Made by a program: the position numbers and the translations under genes. Shown here one piece after another: positions 30,397 through 39,077 of a stretch of DNA of 64,000 nucleotides (position 1 is the stretch's first letter; each line of letters opens with the position of its first letter). Source of the DNA: a virus; the IMG/VR virus record IMGVR_UViG_3300027714_000005; one strand, given 5' to 3'. The notes under the pieces were generated by a model. It was given only the letters and a program-made list of their open reading frames with translations, did no database searches and had not been told where the DNA came from.

Positions 30397-31429
30397 TGAC
30401 GTAGGTTTGGTTGACCGAGCAGTTGGATGGAGACAGATAGTAAGGAATGAACAACCCTTAGAACCCAATAAGGGTGAAGAGGTGATATCTAAGGACGACC
30501 TTCGCACAGGTGAGGGTCGTCTACAGGTACGATTCAGAGATGACAGTAAATTAAGAATGACCGAACACACACGTATTGTGATTGATAATATGGTGTTCGA
30601 TGATGACCCAAGCAAGTCTGCCTTGGCGATGACGTTTGCCCAAGGTACTGCGAGATTCATATCTGGTCAGTTGGGTAAGGTAGACAAAGAGAATATCAGA
30701 CTCAAGACCCCTACCGCATCTATCGGTATCAGGGGTACAGACTTCACAGTAACCGTTGATGAGTTCGGTAAGACGCTCGTGGTACTTTTGCCAGACGTTA
30801 ACGGAATCTCTTCGGGTGAGATTATTGTTTCGACAATGACAGGTGAAGTCACACTCAACAAACCTTTCCAGTCTACCACAGTAGACGTGATGGAGAACCC
30901 CCCTAGTGCGCCAGCAATCCTAGACCTTACTCTGGATATGTTGAACAACATTATGATTATCAATCCCCCTAAAGAGAAACAGTCTAAAGAAGACTTCATG
31001 GATACTATAAACGCATCCAAGGGCATTAGTTCGTTAGACGTGGACTTTCTTAACGAAGACTTGTTACAAGAAGAAGAACTTGGGAAAGACTATCTGGAAT
31101 TTAATGAACTCGACATCAACTACTTGGACGTTGACTTGTTAGAAGACCTACTGGATAATTTCGATTCTTTGGGAGAGGACGTGTTGCAAGAACAACAGTC
31201 TAGTGGCGACTTACGTATCGAAGGTACTGAAGAAGGGTTCGACCCAGTCACACAGGTTGCCACTATAGTAGAGGGCGACAAGGTGACGATACGCAGAGAG
31301 GTGAATGACAAGGTGTCTATCACGGTGGACAAGTCAGCTGCGACAGTTATAAGTATAGAGCAGGACGGTAAGGAACTAGAGACAATCAAACTTAATGGTA
31401 TCGACAACTTGATAAGTATAGTACAATGA
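30338..31429 (+). CDS. FecR-domain periplasmic protein
   Basis: D.LRTG.G...F.DDS, GTARFISG, TPTASIGIRGTDF; acidic linker; start 30311 or 30338. Confidence 0.85.
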   Translation: MLLFVLFSLTVVSSTLAASNDVGLVDRAVGWRQIVRNEQPLEPNKGEEVISKDDLRTGEGRLQVRFRDDSKLRMTEHTRIVIDNMVFDDDPSKSALAMTFAQGTARFISGQLGKVDKENIRLKTPTASIGIRGTDFTVTVDEFGKTLVVLLPDVNGISSGEIIVSTMTGEVTLNKPFQSTTVDVMENPPSAPAILDLTLDMLNNIMIINPPKEKQSKEDFMDTINASKGISSLDVDFLNEDLLQEEELGKDYLEFNELDINYLDVDLLEDLLDNFDSLGEDVLQEQQSSGDLRIEGTEEGFDPVTQVATIVEGDKVTIRREVNDKVSITVDKSAATVISIEQDGKELETIKLNGIDNLISIVQ

Positions 31430-33246
31430 AGACATGGCACGTATTCGTAACACTTGCGATACTGGTGGGACTGAGGTTACTTGACCCGTTCCTATTGGAG
31501 AGTACTCGACTGTCATTCTTTGACTCATTACAACGTGGTCAAGAGACCCAACTGTCCGAACAGATTGTCCTTGTTGATATTGACGAGGAGACTCTGGCAA
31601 AGTTTGGTCAGTATCCAATCCCCCGTAAGGTAATGGCCGATGAGATTGATAAGATAGAAGGTAGTCTTATTGCGTTCAACATTCTGTTCAGTGAACCTGA
31701 CAGGGCGGGTGGAGACGAATACTTTGCGGACATCCTATCGTGGAAGAATACAGTAGTTGCCATTGCACCGTCCAACAGAACCAACACAGACTACAGACCA
31801 CCCCGTATTGGAACCGCAACGTTCGGTGACAGAGATGCCGAAGACTTCCGACCTTTGGTGGAAGGTATGCTTTTTGCACAACCAGTGATACATGAAGCGG
31901 CACTTGGTTATGGAACTATCTCATCCGCACAGGACGTTGATGGTATCATCCGTAGACAACCACTACTAGAAAACTTTGACAACAGACTCTATCCCGCATT
32001 TGCGTTAGACGTATTGAGGGTTGCAGCCGGAGATTCGTCCTACCAGATATCAACAGACGAGTACGGTATTCAGTTTGTTCGTATTCCCAAGTTCACACCA
32101 ATACCCACAGATAGTCAGGGTAACGTTACAGTCGCATACTGGAATGAGTTCAAGAGATATTCCTTTACTGACCTCTCAAGTATACCAGAGGGGTCTATAA
32201 TCATCGTAGGCGGGAGTTACGCAGGTTCTAGTGTGGTTAGTACACCTATGGGTTCTATGTATCCGCATGACGTACAAGCAAATCTGGTCAAGACAATGAT
32301 CGGGGGTGTGACCATCGAACGACCCCCAGAATTTATTTTCTATGAGCTCTTGACAACTCTTGTATTATGTGGTATAATCCTAGCTCTTCTAGGGAAGGCT
32401 GATATACTAATTTCAGGAGTGTCGTATGTCATCATAATTGGTGGTATTCTGTATGTGGTCAACGAACTATTCAATACCCAGTATCTCCAACTAGACCCAA
32501 CATTCCCAATTATCACATTGACCTTGGTGTTTGCTCACGGTTCCTTTGTTCAGTTCTATGTACAGTTCAAAGCTAAACAACTTATTAAAGGACAGTTCGG
32601 TACGTACCTATCACCCGACATGGTAGATATGTTGGCCAAAGACCCCAGTCTACTGAAGTTGGGTGGAGAGAAAAAAGAGATGACATTCCTCTTCATGGAC
32701 ATTGTAGGATTCACCCCCATATCAGAACACTATAAAAACAAGGACGATGCGGAAGGGTTGGTTATACTCATTAATAACTACCTAAATGAGATGACTAATA
32801 TTATCCTAAATAACGGTGGAACCATAGATAAGTATATGGGTGATTGTATCATGGCGTTTTGGAACGCCCCCTTACCTTGTGAGAATCATGCTGAGATGGC
32901 AGTGAAGTCCGCAATAGAAATAGAAGAGAAGACAGATGAACTTAGACAGAGATACATTGCGGAAGGTTTACCACCGATTAACGTTGGAACTGGTATCAAT
33001 ACTGGGTCTTGTATTGTTGGTAATATGGGTAGTGAGTCACGGTTTGATTATTCAGTCATCGGAGACGCAGTCAACCTTGCCGCAAGACTTGAAGCAACTG
33101 CCGCAAGAGGAGACTATCTCGAATACAAAACTATCTACTCCAAAGCAACCAAAGACCAACTCATAGATATAGAGTCAAGTCCGATAGGACTCATTAAGGT
33201 AAAAGGAAAGGAAGAAGAAATTGAAATCTATACACATAATCGATGA
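31426..33246 (+). CDS. CHASE2-domain class III adenylate cyclase
   Basis: IVLVDIDE..L...GQYP.PR, DVDG.IRR, 3 TM, FMDIVGFT, DKYMGDC, GINTG, YSVIGDAVNLAARLE. Confidence 0.93.
   Translation: MKTWHVFVTLAILVGLRLLDPFLLESTRLSFFDSLQRGQETQLSEQIVLVDIDEETLAKFGQYPIPRKVMADEIDKIEGSLIAFNILFSEPDRAGGDEYFADILSWKNTVVAIAPSNRTNTDYRPPRIGTATFGDRDAEDFRPLVEGMLFAQPVIHEAALGYGTISSAQDVDGIIRRQPLLENFDNRLYPAFALDVLRVAAGDSSYQISTDEYGIQFVRIPKFTPIPTDSQGNVTVAYWNEFKRYSFTDLSSIPEGSIIIVGGSYAGSSVVSTPMGSMYPHDVQANLVKTMIGGVTIERPPEFIFYELLTTLVLCGIILALLGKADILISGVSYVIIIGGILYVVNELFNTQYLQLDPTFPIITLTLVFAHGSFVQFYVQFKAKQLIKGQFGTYLSPDMVDMLAKDPSLLKLGGEKKEMTFLFMDIVGFTPISEHYKNKDDAEGLVILINNYLNEMTNIILNNGGTIDKYMGDCIMAFWNAPLPCENHAEMAVKSAIEIEEKTDELRQRYIAEGLPPINVGTGINTGSCIVGNMGSESRFDYSVIGDAVNLAARLEATAARGDYLEYKTIYSKATKDQLIDIESSPIGLIKVKGKEEEIEIYTHNR
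32350..32378 (+). promoter_or_regulatory. internal consensus sigma70 promoter inside cyclase gene
   Basis: TTGACA-17-TATAAT with extended -10 TG. Confidence 0.65.
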
Positions 33247-33724
33247 TTTCCTAACACCCGAAGATTACGCGGAAGTTATGGAACTTTCAAAAGATATTCA
33301 TCTACACGAAGCTGAAGACTATTCTAAGAAGTATGGTACAAAGACTAACGACTATGCGTGGAAAACGTGGAATGGTTGTAGACGTAGTGACAACTATGTG
33401 GACTTTCTCGACTTTTTCAGTGATAAGGTCAACCTTCACTATAACGTAAAGATTTCTAGGTTAGAGTTCTTTACCCACCCCCTAGAGAAGTTTCCCATAT
33501 ACGAACAGGAGACTCAACAACACATCGATGCCTTGTTCGAGTTCTCTGGTGTCCTCTACCTTGACGAAGGTGCTGTAGGACTAGGTACTACAATTGGTAC
33601 TGAATATGTTGAGTGGAAACCCAATCGATTAGTGACATTCCCCGCATTAACCTACCACAATCCCCACTTTGGCGGAACTGAACGAACCGTTCTGACTTTC
33701 TTCTCTCATAAGAAAAAGTTATAA
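33221..33724 (+). CDS. 2OG-Fe(II) oxygenase-like protein
   Basis: IIDDFL, HID, GVLYL, NRLV.F...YH, R.VLTFF. Confidence 0.7.
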   Translation: MKSIHIIDDFLTPEDYAEVMELSKDIHLHEAEDYSKKYGTKTNDYAWKTWNGCRRSDNYVDFLDFFSDKVNLHYNVKISRLEFFTHPLEKFPIYEQETQQHIDALFEFSGVLYLDEGAVGLGTTIGTEYVEWKPNRLVTFPALTYHNPHFGGTERTVLTFFSHKKKL

Positions 33725-33773
33725 GTAACACCCCCTTTATTCGATCTTAGTCTACTCATTATGAAAATAAGAG

Positions 33774-33838
33774 TGGACAAAGTGTGCCTATTCGGTTATA
33801 ATAAGTACTTAGTTAATCGAGTTGAGAGAGAGAAAGTT
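33774..33838 (+). repeat. early promoter-leader cassette, class A, copy 1
   Basis: TGGACA-17-TATAAT-AAGTACTTAGTTAATCGAGTTGAGAGAG. Confidence 0.85.
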
Positions 33839-33982
33839 ATGATTAAGTATGTATTGAGAAACGTTGTTAATGACCAGTTAGTTAACTGTAAGATGTTTGA
33901 CACTGCTGTCGATGCCATGTGGTATCGTCATACTTATCTTGAACGTGATACTGCTTGGGTTGACCAAGTGGAGGTGAAGTAG
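33839..33982 (+). CDS. small early hypothetical protein
   Basis: Start reassigned to ATG directly after leader. Confidence 0.55.
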   Translation: MIKYVLRNVVNDQLVNCKMFDTAVDAMWYRHTYLERDTAWVDQVEVK

Positions 33983-33986
33983 AGAT

Positions 33987-34265
33987 ATGGCACTTGCCCC
34001 GATGAATGTTGAAAACGTATTAGGTGAGTTCACCGAGAAAGAGTTTGGTAACTACTTCCACTACTCTGAGAATGCTAACAGAGTTGGAGGGTGTAAGGAT
34101 TGGTGTTGTTTCCCCCACCTCGTATGGGTTGGTGGTTTACATCAAGCGTATCGTTATGCGAAGGTCAAGAAGACTGTTGCTTACGTTGTGACTGATGAAA
34201 ATGATGACGGCAGTCCCGTTATCGAAAAATGGTTTCTTAAAAAGAATGTGGAGTATGTTGTATGA
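33987..34265 (+). CDS. conserved phage hypothetical protein
   Basis: FPH.VWVG....RYAKVKKTVAYVV.DE....EKW. Confidence 0.65.
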   Translation: MALAPMNVENVLGEFTEKEFGNYFHYSENANRVGGCKDWCCFPHLVWVGGLHQAYRYAKVKKTVAYVVTDENDDGSPVIEKWFLKKNVEYVV

Positions 34266-34507
34266 TTAATGAAAATGGTATTGAAGTAATCCCTACCCAT
34301 ATTGGTGGCCTGTGGAATATAACTCATAACATGGCGGTAATGGAAACCGATGTCAATGAATACTTCTACAACCCTGAGTTGGACAAGTTTGGTAACAAAG
34401 ATGACTGGGTCTGCAAAGACGGTTGGGAACGTATCATCGTATCCAATTATCTGACTGCACAAGAAGTTGACAAAATCTTTTTCAAATTATATTCAAATAA
34501 CGCTTGA
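34262..34507 (+). CDS. hypothetical protein
   Basis: Coupled ORF in early island. Confidence 0.5.
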   Translation: MINENGIEVIPTHIGGLWNITHNMAVMETDVNEYFYNPELDKFGNKDDWVCKDGWERIIVSNYLTAQEVDKIFFKLYSNNA

Positions 34508-34566
34508 CAAACACTGCTGTTGTTGTTATAATAAGTACTTAGTTAATCGAGTTGAGAGAGAGAATT
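34504..34566 (+). repeat. early promoter-leader cassette, class A, copy 2
   Basis: TTGACA-17-TATAAT-AAGTACTTAGTTAATCGAGTTGAGAGAG. Confidence 0.9.
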
Positions 34567-34707
34567 ATGTTTGATAATGAAGTTGGTAACCTAATGAACG
34601 ATCTAGTAATGCTGATTGATGCTGCTGAGTGTTACAATGAAACTTACTACGACAGTGAGTACAAACGAATTGTCAACCGATTGGTTGAGTTAGGAGGATT
34701 AAAATAA
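34567..34707 (+). CDS. small early protein (46 aa, MFDNEVGNLMNDL...)
   Basis: Read manually; directly after leader. Confidence 0.6.
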   Translation: MFDNEVGNLMNDLVMLIDAAECYNETYYDSEYKRIVNRLVELGGLK

Positions 34708-35039
34708 TGGGTATTCACGTAAACATTTATAAGCAGGGTGACTACGATTGCACCGCAGGTGGTGAGTCAAGTTACGCAAAAGGTTTCTGTGTTGTAAACG
34801 CAGAAGGGCCATTCGAACCGTGTGAGGACTACCCGTCCGCAACACTGGTGATGGCAGAACCAATTGGTGGTAGGAAAATCCTGAGAATGATTCCGACTTC
34901 GAAGTTGGGAAACAACATGACCATGTTCGGTGGAAACTATGCGGGTTGTTCTGACTCAAGGTTCTCAAGACTTTGTGACCAGTTACTCGGTAGTACGTTC
35001 TACGGTGCGGTTGCTATCCACGATAGGGTGGAAGGTTGA
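34707..35039 (+). CDS. conserved phage hypothetical protein
   Basis: DCT.GG.SS...MFGGNYA..SDSRF...AIHDR.E. Confidence 0.65.
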   Translation: MGIHVNIYKQGDYDCTAGGESSYAKGFCVVNAEGPFEPCEDYPSATLVMAEPIGGRKILRMIPTSKLGNNMTMFGGNYAGCSDSRFSRLCDQLLGSTFYGAVAIHDRVEG

Positions 35040-35048
35040 AATTAACGC

Positions 35049-35117
35049 TTGACTTTACTACAAGAAGTGTGTTATAATACTTGTATCGAAACCAATAATG
35101 AAAAGAGAGAATATATT
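35049..35117 (+). promoter_or_regulatory. early promoter-leader, class B
   Basis: TTGACT-18-TATAAT-ACTTGTAT...AATGAAAAGAGAGA. Confidence 0.75.
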
Positions 35118-36086
35118 ATGAGCATGAATGACGTTTTACAAATTGAGACTATGGCTTACGCTGGCAAATCACCTTGGGGTGAGATTGGTACGCAAGTATC
35201 AAACGACCTATCCCCACAACAAATTATGACTAAGGCAGGTCTTGACTGGTCTGTCGAGAAAGTCCCGACCTTCGCAATCATGGGTGACGAACAAATCCCT
35301 ACGGGTCAGGAAGCACTTGTCCGGTCTTCGGACAAAAAGATTCTAACCCAAGTTGGTACGAATTGGCATCCTGTCCAGAACGAAACTGCGTTTGAGTTCT
35401 TCAACGACTTCTGTCTGGAAGGTGGTATGGAGATGCACACTGCGGGTTCACTAAAGGGTGGCAAAATGGTCTGGGCACTTGCCAAGATTAACGAGTCATT
35501 CGATGTGTTGAAGGGTGACCAAGTAGATTCCTACCTGTTGTTCTCCAACCCACACGAGTACGGTAAGTCAATCGATGTTAGATTCACACCAATCCGTGTT
35601 ACCTGTATGAACACCCTTGCGATGGCAATCAAAGGTTCTGCGGTTAACGGAATGAAACTTAACCACCGTAAGGCATTCGACCCTCGTAAAGTAAAAGAGA
35701 CTATGGGTATCGCACACGAGAAGTTTGAACAGTACAAAGATGTTGCTCAGTTCCTTGCGGGTAAGCAGTTCACTATGGACGCATTGATTCAGTACTACAA
35801 CAACGTGTTCCCTAGAACTTACCAAGGTAAGGAAACAGTCCAAGTCAAAACTGTTCAGGACTTGACATCGAACGGTCAGAAAGCGTTTGAGTTCTTGGAG
35901 TCACAGCCTGGCGCTGAGTTCGGAAAGGGTTCATGGTGGCAAGCACTTAACAGTGTGACCTACTTGACTGACCACCAGATGGGTCGTGAAGCAGATTCAC
36001 GTATGACTTCTGCATGGTTCGGTGTCAACCAGACTCGAAAGATTAGAGCAGTTGAAACAGCAGTCGAATTGGCGACTGCTCAATAG
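35118..36086 (+). CDS. DUF932 family protein
   Basis: AGLDW.V, PVQN..AF.F, TAGSL.GG..VW, TPIRV.C.NTL. Confidence 0.85.
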   Translation: MSMNDVLQIETMAYAGKSPWGEIGTQVSNDLSPQQIMTKAGLDWSVEKVPTFAIMGDEQIPTGQEALVRSSDKKILTQVGTNWHPVQNETAFEFFNDFCLEGGMEMHTAGSLKGGKMVWALAKINESFDVLKGDQVDSYLLFSNPHEYGKSIDVRFTPIRVTCMNTLAMAIKGSAVNGMKLNHRKAFDPRKVKETMGIAHEKFEQYKDVAQFLAGKQFTMDALIQYYNNVFPRTYQGKETVQVKTVQDLTSNGQKAFEFLESQPGAEFGKGSWWQALNSVTYLTDHQMGREADSRMTSAWFGVNQTRKIRAVETAVELATAQ

Positions 36087-36097
36087 GTGTATATATA

Positions 36098-36283
36098 ATG
36101 AGAAGGGGAAAACAACCACTTGCGACACGAGCAAAACAACAGATATCCATTTGTTGCAAGACACTGTGTGAACGTGAAGTGGTTGAGGAGTACATAAAAG
36201 AACTTGAAGACGAAGTAGAATGGTACAGAGAATGGTGGAAACTATCCACCCAAAAAACTATTAATGGAGAAAATAATGAGTGA
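36098..36283 (+). CDS. hypothetical protein
   Basis: ORF in packed run. Confidence 0.5.
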   Translation: MRRGKQPLATRAKQQISICCKTLCEREVVEEYIKELEDEVEWYREWWKLSTQKTINGENNE

Positions 36284-36557
36284 ATTTAAATTAAACGATG
36301 TAGTTGCGGTAATGTGTAACTCAGGTGAATATGTAGGTAAGTTCAAACAAGAAGGTGCTAATACTATTACAATCACTGACCCCCGTATGGTGGTGAGTAA
36401 TGAACAGGGACTTGGATTCGCACATGGTATTTGTGTTACTGGTAAGGCAGATGTGACTGAGGTTGACATCTATAAGAGTAGTATTTGTTTTGTGACGATG
36501 GTCAACGAAGACCTGCGTAAAGCATACACCACTAACACGAGTGGTATTATTCTGTAA
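36264..36557 (+). CDS. Sm-like fold hypothetical protein
   Basis: DVV.V...SGE.VGK...I..P...Y...TSGI.L. Confidence 0.55.
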   Translation: MEKIMSEFKLNDVVAVMCNSGEYVGKFKQEGANTITITDPRMVVSNEQGLGFAHGICVTGKADVTEVDIYKSSICFVTMVNEDLRKAYTTNTSGIIL

Positions 36558-37717
36558 TGAAACGTAGGATACTCTGTTTAGATTATATTCTCTGTAATTT
36601 TCATAATCTAATAGCATTGGCCAAGGATGGTCATACAGTCTTTATGACCACATCCGAAGAGAATTTTCCTACTGCGTATTACGAATCTTTTGGTATAACA
36701 ACGGTTGATTCTGTTACAAGTTCGAGAGACTCTTTGTTACAACAGTTTATAGTGTCTAATAAAATAGATACTGTAATCAACCAAAACCCAAACAGAGATG
36801 TGCATAATAGTCTGTTTCGAGACTTAGATTATATTGGAATTAGTTTGTTGAGTGGCCATTTGGAATCTCGTAAAGTATGGTGTCGAAAAAACGTTGGTGA
36901 CCTCGGAGTTAAACTACCGAGATTGTTGGACAATATTGAAATACCTTGTGTTATCAAACCATGTAAGACACTCAATAAAAAGTTAGGCAGAATCCGTAAT
37001 ACTGTTGTTTTGTTAGATGAACGCAATGTCAAATATCTAGATGAACCTTACTATATAGAAGAATACCTGTCGGGTTGTATTGAGACCAATGTAGAGTTTG
37101 TTGTGTCTGGTGGCAAATGGTCTATACAACACTGCCAACAGGCTCTAGGTGAGGAGTCGTCAAAGATTGCGGGTAATCTTCGTCACTGGACAAAAACTGC
37201 GAGTTATGCCAAGTTGTCTGATGTCAATAGGTCACTTACCATAGATAATGCGACCAAGATTCTTGATTGGGTTGCGACATTGGGTGGTAGTTTTCAAGGT
37301 CAGTTAACGGGTCTAATCAAAAATAATGAGTGGTATTTCTGTGAGATAAACTCAAGACCTGCCCAGTGCAATAGTCTGCCAATTTTCTGTACTGGGGACG
37401 AGTATCTTGAATCGATGTTGGAGGGTAAACCCAATATCATTGGCAATGCGTTCCCTTGGGATGTTCATAAGGTGATAGTACAACCGATGACCCCAGATGC
37501 CATATATCCCTTTGAGTTACATGAGAAATATGGAGTGTCTGTACCTTGTGGTCTTGACATCATTGATGGTGAATATAGGGTCTCTATGATATGGTTTCGG
37601 GATACAGCACCAGAGGAATTGATGGGAATTGCTATAATTGACGACCAGATACCTGATGATTTCATCAAAGAATTTGAAAATAATTCGAACTTTTCGGTAA
37701 GTCATTGTTTTATATAG
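36557..37717 (+). CDS. ATP-grasp enzyme, divergent PurD/GARS-like
   Basis: LESRK (cf. LEGSK), PCVIKP, IEEYLSG, EINSRP. Confidence 0.6.
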   Translation: MKRRILCLDYILCNFHNLIALAKDGHTVFMTTSEENFPTAYYESFGITTVDSVTSSRDSLLQQFIVSNKIDTVINQNPNRDVHNSLFRDLDYIGISLLSGHLESRKVWCRKNVGDLGVKLPRLLDNIEIPCVIKPCKTLNKKLGRIRNTVVLLDERNVKYLDEPYYIEEYLSGCIETNVEFVVSGGKWSIQHCQQALGEESSKIAGNLRHWTKTASYAKLSDVNRSLTIDNATKILDWVATLGGSFQGQLTGLIKNNEWYFCEINSRPAQCNSLPIFCTGDEYLESMLEGKPNIIGNAFPWDVHKVIVQPMTPDAIYPFELHEKYGVSVPCGLDIIDGEYRVSMIWFRDTAPEELMGIAIIDDQIPDDFIKEFENNSNFSVSHCFI

Positions 37718-37738
37718 CATTCTTATTTTCGAAATAAG

Positions 37739-37800
37739 TTGACAAAAGGTGCCCAATAGACTATAATAGGTACTTAGTTAATCGAGTTGAGAGAGTTATT
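37739..37800 (+). repeat. early promoter-leader cassette, class A, copy 3
   Basis: TTGACA-17-TATAAT-AGGTACTTAGTTAATCGAGTTGAGAGAG. Confidence 0.88.
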
Positions 37801-38211
37801 ATGTTTTGTATTGAAGGTCGTCATGCCAAACCAGAGATTGTTGAAGAGTACGTTGTCCGTCTCATGCAAGCTTTGAAGATTCACCGATTCACTTCTAAGT
37901 TGATAACAGTCCAGTTCAAATCTGAATTGACTAATTATGCTCAGGGTCTATGTGAGGGTGACAAAGATTATGCCACCATTCAGATCGGCAAGTTCGATCA
38001 GACCTTCCTTCAACAGATGCAAGCACTTGCTCACGAGATGGTTCATGCTCGACAGTTCTTACGTGGTCAATTGAGTGCTGTAGGTGTGTGGAAGTGGAAG
38101 GGTCGCAATGCTGACAACTACGCTTACACTAACCAACCTTGGGAGAAAGAAGCATATCGTCTTGAACGTGAACTCTTTCTCGATTGTTTCCCGTTTGAGA
38201 AAATGGTGTGA
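37801..38211 (+). CDS. zincin-like metallopeptidase
   Basis: LAHEMVHARQ...PWEKEAY. Confidence 0.75.
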   Translation: MFCIEGRHAKPEIVEEYVVRLMQALKIHRFTSKLITVQFKSELTNYAQGLCEGDKDYATIQIGKFDQTFLQQMQALAHEMVHARQFLRGQLSAVGVWKWKGRNADNYAYTNQPWEKEAYRLERELFLDCFPFEKMV

Positions 38212-38219
38212 TTTAGGGG

Positions 38220-38274
38220 TTGACGATTGTTGTTTTGTGTGGTATAATACTTGTATTGATAATGAGAAAGGAAA
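38220..38274 (+). promoter_or_regulatory. early promoter-leader, class B
   Basis: TTGACG-17-TATAAT-ACTTGTATTGATAATGAGAAAGGAAAG. Confidence 0.78.
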
Positions 38275-38907
38275 GTGATTATGAGAATAGGTGATAGAAC
38301 ATTGTACAGTTTGTACACCGAAAAACATGAACGTAATCAGAATAAGGGTGCCACTTGGTGCGGTTTCCGTCAAAAAGATACCGAACGCCTGAAGACCTAC
38401 CGAGCAGAGTGGACTTTCCAGTCTAAGATTACCAACCCTGAGTTCACGTCCATTAAGGACGCAGAGAAGTTTGCGAAGAAAGTTTACAAAAGTAAGACTT
38501 GGTCAAACCTCTGGGCAAAATCTGTCGAAGAAGATGTTGGTCGTATATTCAACAACTACCCTACTGTAGTGCAGAGTAAGAGTCGCAGTAAGAAACTTGC
38601 GGGGTCTACTGACGGTAAGGTTGTCTCACTAGACTTGATTAGTGGTTTGAATGTATACACCCTGTTGCATGAACTTGCTCACACTCTGGGTCATATGCAC
38701 CACGGCCGTTCGTTCCGTCAAACTCTGTTGACCTTGGTTGGTCAGTTCATGGGTGCGAAAGAGAAGAAGACTCTCAAAGAAGAATTTAAGAAGAAGAAAC
38801 TCCACAGTGGTGACGCAAAGAAACCGCAGGAGTTTGACAAGTGGGTCGAGACTAAAGAACGACTGGAGAAAATGCGTGATGCCAAGTGGCTTGCCGAGAA
38901 CGCATAA
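38275..38907 (+). CDS. zincin-like metallopeptidase (SprT-like)
   Basis: LLHELAH...HHG..F. Confidence 0.72.
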   Translation: MIMRIGDRTLYSLYTEKHERNQNKGATWCGFRQKDTERLKTYRAEWTFQSKITNPEFTSIKDAEKFAKKVYKSKTWSNLWAKSVEEDVGRIFNNYPTVVQSKSRSKKLAGSTDGKVVSLDLISGLNVYTLLHELAHTLGHMHHGRSFRQTLLTLVGQFMGAKEKKTLKEEFKKKKLHSGDAKKPQEFDKWVETKERLEKMRDAKWLAENA

Positions 38908-39077
38908 TGACTAAAGGTATATTAGAGTATGACTGCGAAGACCCACCCGCGATAACAGAACTGGAAATGGACTATTTTGAATTCCTTACTTTGTGTAAGG
39001 AACGGGGTGTCGATGAGAGTAAGTGGCCCTCACTAAAAAGATTTGCGAAATTACGCAGACAACTAATGAATGAATGA
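38907..39077 (+). CDS. hypothetical protein
   Basis: ATG overlapping previous stop (TAATG). Confidence 0.5.
   Translation: MTKGILEYDCEDPPAITELEMDYFEFLTLCKERGVDESKWPSLKRFAKLRRQLMNE

Noticed and set aside
27419-33246. Bacterial contamination or chimeric join as source of the csg/cyclase block
   Set aside because: Same strand, tight packing and similar codon style as flanks, headed by a T4 late promoter; read mapping would settle it
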